A stretch of 64,000 nt of DNA, taken from Eremomyces bilateralis CBS 781.70 (lineage: Eukaryota). The stretch is taken from assembly GCA_010015585.1 (NCBI GenBank), contig ML975150.1. One strand, written 5' to 3'. The translations under genes and the position numbers were made by a program. This document shows, in pieces, positions 50,801 through 61,801 of this stretch. The notes under the pieces are model-generated. The model was given only the letters and a program-made list of their open reading frames with translations. It did no database searches and was not told the DNA's origin. Position 1 is the stretch's first letter. Every line of letters starts with the position of its first letter.

Positions 50801-53800
50801 AGATAGACGTACCTCGTGTTAGCAATTTCGGATCATATCTTGAAGGCCTTCGAATGAGTCCAAGATATGATGATGTTGAACTCGGAGCAATCGAAAGTGC
50901 CCGAAAGTGCTACTGCGAAGGCTTCGATCGGGTTGCTCCTTCAGCAATCCAGCGTTGCCGTAGCTGCAACCACACCACTTGCGTCACTTGCGGCCAACAT
51001 CCGGAGCACGAGTACCAAGTCGTCACGACGGCGACCAATTTCCCACGGGCACCGAGTCCGCCTCCAAGCCCTAAAATAGTTGGCAAGGAGCCCAAAAAGG
51101 GTTCTGACAAACCTCCTCACGTTGAGCATTGGGATATCAACAACAGAAAGAGTGACGGGAGATTAGAACCCCATGAATTCAAGCAGACGTGGGCAAAATC
51201 GTTTCCGCTCAAGATTCGACTTACAGGATACACTGAGAACCCAACTGGCAGTATAACCTTGAGGGATCGGGTTCAACTACGGACTCGCAATGCTCTTACA
51301 CAGCCCCTGTCGCTAAAGCAGATCATTCGGTCGACAAGTTGGATCGTCCAGTACGGCAATGATGACGCCCGGCTCCAAATAGTCATCAATGACCATTCCC
51401 GCATTCGGTTGTTCATCAAACCTGACCACGCGCTCCCCCTCGGTGACCCCTTGAGGCAGTTTTTGGAACTTTTCCCCGTCGCCGAGTGTCAGTTCAAGTT
51501 TGACTTCTGGAAGCCCAGCTATCGCCAGGAGTGGGAATGGTTAGAGCCATTCGATTGCCCCAGCCTAACTCCAGACAGAAATGTCCTGGAGCAGGCGCCC
51601 CCGATGCCGATCACCATCATCGGCAAAGTCAGAGAATCGCCCTCGGCAAGGGCCCAAACGGGGATTGAGAGGTGGGCCAACGAGACAGTCCCGTCGGAAC
51701 TTGAGATTGACGCCTCAAATTTCGATATGGAACAGCCCTCTTCGAGGACCCGCATCTCCGGGACGTACCGATACCTCCCCAAGTGCGGTACAGCATTCTC
51801 CTGCCTATATTCTTTACAGGGCAGAAGCCAGGGCGAGAACGTCTTCTTTTTCTTGGAGATGTCAAAGTTCGACGGCAAGGAGGCCGATCGATTCGTGTTC
51901 TCCCCGGAGCACGAACGACTAGACGACGGCCAAGTCCGGCCGATAATCGCCTTGCTGAACTCAGCATGGCGCCCCTGGGGTCTACCCATCCAGTCAGACC
52001 ATGCACCCCATCCCCCCTCCCCCTCCCCCGACAAGATCGCGGCGATCTCTGGTGGCAGCACGATGGCCATGGATACGAGTATTGCCCCAGTACTCCGTAT
52101 CCACGGAAAATGGTGCCCAATGGAGACCCGGCTGGAAGTTGTCGACTCCGCCATAACCGTAAAAGGTTATGGCCGGAGCGGCCTTTCGGACCATGACTAT
52201 GGCAGCTGCGATGACCATTTCTCCCTGGTCACAGTACGGGTGCCGCGACCGGAAGTGTGGCAACACACCAAAGCACGGTGGTACACGCTGACGGACGTTG
52301 GCATCCCGGAAGAGCTCGCGGGGAATTTCCTTTGGGCCATTCAAGCAATCCAGAGCGATTTGGGCAAGGACCCCAGACCGATCCCGATTCGAACGATCTC
52401 GAAGGAAGATCTCCCAGCTGCACTTTGTTTCACGTGTGCACCAAGTAAACCGATGACCGTCTGGAAACGCGATACAGACAGGCCGAATGCCACCATGGAA
52501 TCCCTCCTCCCATATGAGGAACCCGCTGTCGCGCGTCGCTACGAGATGAAATTGAAACGGCAACCGCCACGACTGTCAGCGACGGTCAGTGAAGACGGCG
52601 ACTCCCGGCTTTCAGTTCGAGTAAGCGGAAGTATTCGGCTACTCGAGCACATGGCTATATCATTACTGAGCGAGACCTTGGCTGCACCCATCAAACGGAG
52701 CCAGCTCATCGAAATGGGCACAATGTGGCGCCTCGACCCTTTCTTCGTGCCCTCCACTGACCACCACGCTCCCGTATTTACTCTTCAGAGTAACAAGGAG
52801 ACAGCGCCATATGTGAATACCGGTCTCTTCAACGGAAACCTAAAGCTGAGAGACGACCAGCAGCGATCACTCCAATGGATGCTGGAGCAGGAGCGAGGAA
52901 AGGTCTTCGAAGTCGAAGAATGGGAGGAAGCCTGCGTGCAGAAAGTGGGCTGGCGACTGTCCGTTGGAGCAAAGGCAAAGGTCCTTGTCAAGGGCGGTGT
53001 TATCGCTGACCAAGTCTCCTATGGAAAGACCATCATCTCTCTGGGTCTCATCTCCACGGACGTTGTTAAGAAACCAGACGCAAGCCAGAAGGAGTTCAAA
53101 GCCCAGCCAGCGAAGTCACAAACTGAACCCGGCCAGGTTGATGCAACACTGGTTATATGTCCAAGCCACCTAGTCGAGCAATGGGCGGACGAAGCCAAGA
53201 TCTTCCTCCCGAAAGAATACTTTGGCGGGGAAAAGGTCCTAACGGTTAGGACGATCGGTGATCTGAGAAAGATCACTATAGCCAAAGTCCGCAACGCACG
53301 CATAATTGTCCTAAACTGGGACATCTTAACTAACAGTACATACGTGAACGACCTTGCGAAGTTCGCCGCCGTTCCGAAACCGGTCATTTACAAAGGTCGC
53401 GCCTATGCTTCCTACCACGCGACGCTAATGACCGAATTTCAGAAAGAGGCGAGCCGGATGTGGTCTGACAAGGCCGCCTTCACGAAGGAGTTTGCAGGGA
53501 AGCGCCGTCTTGACAAGATGAAAGAAGAGATATTTACAGGGAATCGATTCAGTGAGCCGGCACTGGACCTAAAGGACAAGTTTGTTGGAGTTCCCTTGCA
53601 GGCCTTCAAATTCAGGCGGATTATCGTGGATGAGTTCTCGTACGTGAACGAGAGGACGGATATTGAGAACCGGAAGCAGACACTGCTGATCGAGCTATCT
53701 GCTCTGGAGGCCGAAGCTCGGTGGCTCCTTTCTGGGACCCCTCCGCTATCGACCTTTGAAGATGTCAATCGCGTCGCCACACTCCTTGGCATCAGTCTAG

Positions 53801-55659
53801 GTGTAGCTCGATATACCATGGCAGAGCTGAAGTCGAAGCAGCGCAGCCCAGGCGAGATTTTTGCGCAGTTTAAAGAAGCGCGGAGTACGATGTGGACACA
53901 GGCCCGTAACCGACAAGCGGCCAAATTCCTCGACGTATTCGTCCGACAGAATGAGGCGGACCTCTATGGGGTCGATTGTTACGAGATCATCATGCCCGTA
54001 TACCTCCATCCCGACCACAAAGCGCAATACCTTCAACGCGCGCAGCTGCTCAACATCATTGACAACAATGTCAAAACCGAGGACGACAAGATCTCCCGCT
54101 GTGAGGGACTTCTCGATGGTATGAGCAGCCCGGCATTGGCCTTACAGCAGTCTGCGACGGTGTTCTCGGGAGAAACTCTGAGGGACATACTTTCCGCCCG
54201 GAAAAGCCAGTCCGACAAGATCTTCAATGGTAATTTCACAGGCTTCGTCAAGATAGCCTACGGTTGCTATTGCCAGGCGAATATGGCGAACAAACAGCAG
54301 AAAAGAGCCGATATGACGGAGATCCTGCAGCGGTATGAAACATGGAAACAAGGGACCATAAAGGGTACTTACAACGACCCTGAGTGCACCCGTCGCTTCG
54401 CCTCTCTCATCAAGCATGTGGAGTCTGGTGTAGCGGACACCAGTGTACCCGACAAAGGCGAAGAAGATGGAAAAAACCCTCTGGTTGCCGATTGGAAAAA
54501 ACCCCCCATGTCAAATTTCCGCGAAGTGATTCTCCGTATTCGGAGAGCGGCCAAGGATATTGTTGAACATGAACGAGGGTTGCGCTTCGTGAGACACACG
54601 CAGCGCATGATCGAGCTCGCGCCTTATCTCCCTTCCAACGTTTCGATGGCCTGCAGCAAGTGCAGCGTGCCTACGAATATTTTACGCTTACAAGTCCTCT
54701 CTTTGTGCGGACACATCCTTTGCGACGCATGCCATGGGACCGGAACACCTACGCCTCCATGCACCATTGATGGGTGCGATGGATTCGCCCACAAGATCGT
54801 AGGCGTACGCCTCCACGATCTTATTCCTTCCAAAAAATACCAAGTTCATCCGTTCTCAGGCAAATACGGGGAAAAGTTGTGCAGAGTTGGCCAATTGATC
54901 GAAATGTTTAAAGACGACAAGATTCTGCTCTTCGTGAGCACTACACGTCAACGCGATGAAGCCGTTCGCGTCCTCGATTTCCTCCAGATTGGTCACCTCA
55001 CTCTGTCTTCTGAGGCCCCGTCGAGTGACTCTGCAAGGAAGAAGAAGGCTGGCATTAGCGAGATGATGAAGGACGCAGACGAGAAGCTCGCTCATTTCAA
55101 AACAGAGCCCGAGATGAGAGTCCTGATTCTAAACCAAGGCGACGAATGTGTGGCCGGCGCCAACCTTACCGAGGCACGCCACATCATCTTCCTTTGTCCC
55201 GTGTTGGCCTCGACTCAGCAGGAGTACCGAATGCAAATGTGCCAGGCCATTGGCCGGAGCAGACGATATGGCCAGAAAAATAAAATTTTCGTCTGGAGAT
55301 TCGTCTCCTTACAAACCATTGATGTTGACATCCTGGAGCATAGGGAGCATCGTACGCGGGTTGTGCGGTCTCTTGAGGAAGCGGTCAACCCGGCAAGCTT
55401 TGCTATTTCTCCTCACCCAGCTGACATTCATGCACCTCTACAAGAGCCAGGCTTCAACGAGAAGGTCGGAAGCGTCCTCGAATTAGTGTCGAAGAAGGTG
55501 AAGATACCGGATCCGAAAGATGCGACGAAAACGGTGGAGGTGATAGAGTCTCGCTATGAACTCAACCGGAGTGCGAGGGAAAGGGAGAGCGACGGTGTAG
55601 TCCGAAGAATTGGAAACTTCGCTTCAGCTATCAAACTGACTGCCACATTCTCGGAGTGA
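47839..55659 (+). CDS. DNMT5: DNMT5-family C5 cytosine methyltransferase fused to SNF2 ATPase and RING (often annotated 'Rad8'); exons 47839-48184 and 49136-55659 (about 2290 aa)
   Basis: MTase motifs LRVATMCSGTESP (I), GFSCVDFSNLN (IV), VENV (VI), HTRQRGY (VIII), DLAGNAMS (X); SNF2 motifs GGVIADQVSYGKT, IIVDEF, LSGTP, GANLT, QAIGRSRRYGQ; RING CSKC..CGHILCDAC..CTIDGC; intron GTAAGC...GCTAAC..TAG is in frame. Confidence 0.92.
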
Positions 55660-55892
55660 AGACACAACGTTGATCACGGCGAGAAAGGAGATTACGGGGA
55701 GCGGGGTCCCTTTTGCTTTCATTGTACGGTTCGTCTGCTTGCTTCACGACCGCAGTCCTGTATATCCACCGCCTATCGAGGCCATGGTGTGATGTTGGCG
55801 TGTCGGCCAACACTTGCCCTTGTTTCCCTATCGACCGGAGACGTGGATGGCGACGATGGTATTGCACCTAGCCATAGAAGATAACCGAACCT

Positions 55893-56325
55893 GAGAGGCT
55901 CCTGCAGTGGCCGGGGAACCACTGTGCATGCAAGGTATCGGAAGACGAGAGATGCTACTGAGCTACAAGCATGAGAGACCCTACAGTGGGCTAGGGAACC
56001 GCTGTGCATGTGAGGAATCGGTATCTATATGTGCCAGAGCATGAAGGTGAGCTATTGGCCCGGGGGACTCCTGCAGTGGGTTGGAGAACCGCTGTGCATG
56101 TGAGGAACCGGTGTCCAGACACACGGGGGCGAGTTTTACGGAAGAAAGGGATTGAGAAAGAGGACCGAAGACCTGAGAGGCTTCTGCAGTGGCATGGGGA
56201 ACCATTGCGCATGCGAGATATCGGACGTCTGATGAAAATCTTGTTGGTTGCCGGCCCGAGAGACTCCTGCAGTGGGTTGAGGAACCGCTGCGCATGCGAG
56301 GAATCGGTGTCCGGATGCGCCAGTG
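55893..56325 (+). repeat. Array of five degenerate ~50-bp hairpin-containing repeats with variable linkers
   Basis: Cores start at 55893, 55973, 56062, 56175 and 56258; consensus GAGAGRCTCCTGCAGTGG-N8/9-CCRCTGYGCATGYGAGGWATCGG. Confidence 0.9.
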
Positions 56326-57731
56326 ACGGCCGGGACAACGATTCACGGTAGAGGGATAGGACCCATGGGGGCACGGAAATCAAAAGCTGGAGGGACGATG
56401 TTCAGAACGAGTGGCTGTGTTCACTACGCCATGGCAACGGTTGGAAGGTCACCTGCCCGAGAAGCACTCGAGGATATGACACGATTGACCAGCCACTATT
56501 GGCCTCGTGGCGTGGACGGACGCAACTAGATCCAAGAGCCGTCATGACGACAGGAGATTTGGGCGGGTTTCTCGCTATTCCGACCACTCCGCAAACAGCT
56601 CGCACGGCACCATCGAAACGAAGCCGAAGAATGCCTCACATGATCATTCAAGACAGATATTCCGATACTTCTAAAGGCTTACGCGATGCGTTTCCTTTTT
56701 CCGGCAATCTCCATCGGGAGCGCCTCGCGGACCGACTCGGCAACATCGACATTGCAACTCTCGGGGAACACGCCAAGGGAGAATGCTTCGGATCTGGAAA
56801 GCTCTTCGGTCTTCACGGAGGCAACGAGAGACATCGACCATGAATCACAATAAGCTGGAGAGCACTGGCACTACTTGGCAAGGTTGAATGTATATCAATG
56901 CCATAGTGTAGAGGACGATATCGGACGATCGGATATTCCTGTGCCGTCAATACGCACCATGAAGGTACTCAGATCCCGTCTGCCTTGCTGTGCCTTGCCA
57001 TTGCCATAAGTCATGGAATCCTGTTCTGCCAATCGACTATCAAACCGCACTAACCACTACTTGAACAAGCCAAGCCTAATTCGATGGACGTGCTTACTAT
57101 TCATTCATATCGTGATATCGGACAAAGACTCTCATTCGCTAATTTCCGGAGGCGTGAGAACCGGCAGTGCCCAGTGGGGATATCCAAATTGCAAGCTAGT
57201 GAGATAGTCACGTGCGGGTGCAGCACAGCCCACCCGCCCCGCGTCTGGGCAGCCCGGACTAAACTCCATTCGGCATCGACCGTCTTCATCATGGTTTCCA
57301 CAAGGCTCAGTATTGGGCGCTCGTACATTGTAGGGAGGCGCATCCCGGTCAAACATCACCACGTTCCTTCCGTTGGATCCGCATTCACAGCTTCATGGAG
57401 TGGCCTGACGACACCACAGTACATGCATCCAGTAACCGTTGGAGACGCTTCATCTATTAAGCTCCCTCCATCCGCCGTTCAACTTTCGCTTTCGCTCTGC
57501 ATTCATTCCTCAACCCGAAATCCTTCGATCGCTGTTGAGACTTATACGACATTGTTTGGAGTGAGCATTCTTCCACATCTCTCGAGGGCGTGAGCATTCA
57601 GCATTGCAGCACCAACTCACCTTGAAACAATAAAAGTGTCACACAAAGCCGCTTCCACTCGAAGCCTTCTCGCACCCACATCCGCATCGTCTCACCGACA
57701 ATCTTCCATTGAATCGTCAATTCCAGTAGTC

Positions 57732-58898
57732 ATGGCCTCCAACACTGGCAAAGGACGCGACGCCGGCGATTCGATCAACGGCGCTCCCGCCACTCGTGAA
57801 CCCGAGCCGCTCATCAAGGTGCAACCTCCGCGCCGTGAAGACCTACAGCCCTCGTACGCGCAGGACATCCATCCCGACACAGAGGATGCATCGGCACATG
57901 GCTGGTATGGTGGCATGGTCGACGCTTTCGGACAGGTTATTGGTACCCTGGGTGCCGTTCCGTGCTGCCCCTTCCCGAATCCGTATCGACCTGTCAACCA
58001 GGGCAACGTGGGCTTGGTGACCAAGTTCGGCCGATTCGCCAGGGCGGTTGATCCAGGTCTTGTTAAGGTCAATGTATTGAGCGAGAAGATCATTCAGGTG
58101 GACGTCAAGATTCAGATTGTCGGTATGTGTTTGCGATGCGAAGCTGGTTGATATGCCCAAAGCTGATTGAACCTACAGAGGTCCCGCAACAGGTCTGTAT
58201 GACCAAAGACAACGTCTCTCTCTACCTCACGTCCGTCATCTACTACCGTATCACTTCGCCTCACAAGGCCGCCTTCGGCATCAGCAACATCCGCCAAGCT
58301 CTCGTCGAACGCACACAAACCACGCTGCGTCACGTCGTCGGTGCTCGCCTGCTTCAAGACGTCATCGAACGCCGTGAGGAGATCGCGCAAGACATCCGCA
58401 GCATCGTCGAGGAAATCGCGGCCGGCTGGGGCGTGGACGTGGAAAGTATGCTCATCAAGGATCTGATTTTCAGCCAAGACCTCCAAGACTCGCTGTCCAT
58501 GGCGGCGCAGAGCAAGCGAACGGGAGAAGCCAAGGTCATCGCCGCGCGTGCGGAAGTCGAGAGCGCCAAGTTGATGAGGCAGGCCGCCGATATCTTGTCC
58601 AGCGCACCGGCCATGCAGATTCGATACCTCGAGGCCATGCAGCAGATGGCAAAATCTGCCAATAGATAAGTCCCTTCGCTTCCTCAACACACCCCTGCAT
58701 GCTAACTTTCTTTGTACTAAGGTGATCTTTTTGCCGTCCAGCAACCAAGGCGTCACGGAACAGATGACTCGCCTTGCCGATGGCCCTGAAGGGAGCAATT
58801 ATGGAGGTGGTGAAGGCAGCAGTGCCGCGCAGGAATATGGACATGGGAATGATGGGATGCAAAGGGCGATCAACTCGGCTGTCATTGAACGCATGTAG
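57732..58898 (+). CDS. Stomatin-family SPFH/band-7 protein; exons 57732-58122, 58179-58665, 58718-58898 (second intron AT-AC)
   Basis: VNQGNVGLVTKFG, EVPQQVCMTKDNVS, QTTLRHVVG, AMQIRYLEAMQQMAKSAN|SKVIFLP. Confidence 0.92.
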
Positions 58899-59418
58899 AG
58901 AAAGTTCTACAACTGCGATCGTTTGGCGGCTGCGGAAAGGGAATGGAGCTGGGAATCTGGGTTTCTTTCTGTTTTAATAATGTTTGGGCTGCTTCGGGAA
59001 ATTTGGTGTTCATATTTGGGGCACTCGTAGCGATGGGAATCGGGGAGACAGGACGCGGAGATTGATCTCGTTGTCGCCATTCCTCTCATCAGTCGTTTCA
59101 GATACCCAATTGCAACTCGGATTTTCGTTCGTCACACAAATCAGATCCTTTGCTTTCATGACATGCGTCTCAATTGACTAGATATCGCAGCCGTCGGCAC
59201 TTCTCTGGCGAAGCGTGATGGATATCGGCGCTTCGGTTCACATACACACAATGGACCTGCAGCATTGATTCATCTGGCGCTCAGACACGGATGCTTCGCC
59301 AGTTCATGTGCATTTCAACCAGCTACATAATGCATATTTTTCGTGAAAGCAGACCCGATGATCGCAGTAATGCCAGCCGTTCCACGCCCATGATGAAAGG
59401 AAATCCTTATCGAATCCT

Positions 59419-60060
59419 TTAGAACCCTGATCATCCGTTAATATTCCACCCATAAAATTCACGGGGGGCGGAAAACACTTACGCAACGCAGTGAAGAACC
59501 ACCGGTTCTTCCCACTCTGGTACCGCTCCTCCAACGTCTTCTTGATGTTCTTCTTTGCCTCCTCCCGTTGGCTCACCTCCTTGAACGTGTCGTTGTTGAC
59601 GGCGCCCTTCAGGCCCTCGAGGTCCAGGGTGTAACGGGTCGGCATCAGGTGGTTGTAGTTGATGACCTTGATGAACGGCTTGACCTTGGAGCGGCGGGTG
59701 ACGCGGGCAGCGGACATGCGGCGGGTGACTTTGGATGGGTAGCGCTCGATGCCGGCGACGAGGGCGTGCGGGAAGGGGTGGGACTTGTTGCCTGAGTCTT
59801 GGGGCTGGATGATCACGACCTGGAGGGCGCGCTGTTAGAACACTGATGGCTTCATCGTCTCGTTTCTGCGTTCATCGACTCTGGGGAATATTTCCCGGTC
59901 CGCGGGTTCGCACGGCGTCATGAGGGAGTGTTCGGTGCGTACCTTCTTGCCGGCATATCGTCCTCTTGTGACAATGGCCACACGGCCAACTTTCATGACT
60001 ATCGCACGGCGTTAGCAATTTTCCTCATGCAATCGATACATCGTCAAACTTACACTTCAT
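59419..60060 (-). CDS. RPL27: 60S ribosomal protein eL27; exons 60060-60054, 59998-59943, 59819-59483, 59426-59419
   Basis: Spliced [27 protein letters not shown]...[17 protein letters not shown]...[12 protein letters not shown]. Confidence 0.97.
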
Positions 60061-60411
60061 TTCTGCGTCGTGTGCGATGTGCAGAAAGAAGAATGTTGCT
60101 CCAATCACCAGGTTCGAAGTTCGTTGATGTCAAATTCGCTTGAGAGATTGGGAAATGTGTGTGGAAAAACGAGCGCCCCGACATCCGACGCGCTAGACTG
60201 CTTTGGGACTAGCGCATCCATCCCCATCGTCCGTCGCTCCTTCCAGGTTCATCTACTCCATCGTCACCTTTTGATGCCTTGACATTGGACCTGCAGCTGC
60301 GTGTTATTTGCTTGAACAACTCTACATTTTCTCTCTCACACGACCATACTCATCACCTTCTCCCCTCAGCCACCGTGCCCTACAGTCCCCGATCCACACT
60401 AACTCTCCACG

Positions 60412-61801
60412 ATGCCTGCAGCGACCACGTCCGGCTCGGCGGACACCCCGAAGCTCACCGAAGCGCAGTCGCTGGCCAAGAGCTCGCCCGAAAAGGCCGA
60501 GGCCATCTACAAAGATGTGCTATCACGGCATCCCGGGTCAAGCGAAGCGGCTATGAAAACGTTCGAGTCGGCGTTAATAGGCTTGGGCGGGCTGTACCGC
60601 GACCAGAATAAGGCGAACGAGCTGGCCGAGTTGGTCGGGCAAACACGAGATTCGCTCAGTGGGTTCGCGAAGGCGAAGACGGCGAAATTAGGTATGTGAT
60701 TCACGATGGCTGGTCGGCTATGGAGACTATTGGCACGACCTTCTTATTATCTCGTCGGCGGATGCGTCTATATACTGACAGCCTGGGTCAACAGTTCGCC
60801 AACTACTCGATCTCTTCAGCGGGATCCCCAAATCACTCGAAATCCAAATCGCCATCACACGCTCATGCATCGACTGGGCCAACCGCGAACGCCGGTCCTT
60901 CCTCCGCCAGTCCCTGGAAACCCGCCTCGTCGCCCTCTACATGGAGAAGAAAACCTACTTCGAAGCCCTCCAACTCGTCAACACCCTCCTACGCGAACTC
61001 AAGCGCCTCGACGACAAGCTCATGCTCGTCGAGGTCCAACTCTTGGAATCCCGCATCTACCATGCCTTGGGCAACGTGCCGAAAGGGCGGGCAGCGTTGA
61101 CGAGCGCCCGGACATCGGCGGCGAGCGTATACACGCCCCCGGCTCTGCAGGCGGCGCTGGACATGCAGAGCGGGATGCTCCACGCCGAAGACAAGGACTT
61201 TTCCACGGCGTTCAGCTATTTCGTTGAGGCGTTGGAGGGCTACCACGCGCAGGAGGACAAGCAGAAGGCCACAGCGGCACTGCAATACATGCTGCTCTGC
61301 AAAGTGATGCTGAACGCCGGCAACGACGTCTCCTCGATCCTGCTCTCGAAGCACGCGGTGCGGTACGCCGGGCCCGGGCTGGACGCGATGAAGGCGGTGG
61401 CGCGCGCGCACGAGAACCGCAGCCTGGAGGAGTACGAGAAGGCGCTGACGAAGTTCCGCTGGAACCTCGGGGCCGACCGGTTCGTCGCCAGCCACCTCGC
61501 GCACCTCTACGACGCGATGCTGGAGCAGAATTTGGTGAAGCTCATCGAGCCGTACAGTCGAGTGGAGATCGCGCACGTCGCGAAGCAGGTGGGGCTGGAC
61601 ACGCACCAGGTGGAGCGGAAGCTAAGCCAGATGATCCTGGATAAGGTGATCGTGGGCGTGCTAGATCAGGGAACGAAGTGTCTGATTGTGTACGACGAGG
61701 GAGAGCGGGATGGGGGTTACGACGCGGCGCTGGAGACGATCGAGAAGTTGAGCAACGTGGTGGACGTGCTGTACACCAACCAGGCTTCCATGTTGGAGTG
61801 A
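60412..61801 (+). CDS. RPN6: 26S proteasome lid subunit Rpn6 (PSMD11); exons 60412-60691 and 60795-61801
   Basis: FAKAKTAKL|VRQLLD, LLRELKRLDDKLMLVEVQLLESR, PCI domain LLEQNL-like MLEQNLVKLIEPYSRVEI, VERKLSQMILDK. Confidence 0.97.

Noticed and set aside
56229..56235. CTGATGA hammerhead ribozyme core within the array
   Set aside because: Present in one linker only, with no stem II followed by GAAA
55893..56325. True CRISPR array
   Set aside because: Eukaryotic context, no cas genes, degenerate repeats, and linkers of unequal length that share residual similarity (e.g. TGAGCTA, ATGYGCCAG)
55981..56383. ORFs over the repeat array
   Set aside because: Repeat units fall in different frames; no consistent peptide repeat
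58666..58717. U12-type (minor spliceosome) intron
   Set aside because: Lacks the ATATCCTT donor and TCCTTAAC branch; signals are major-type
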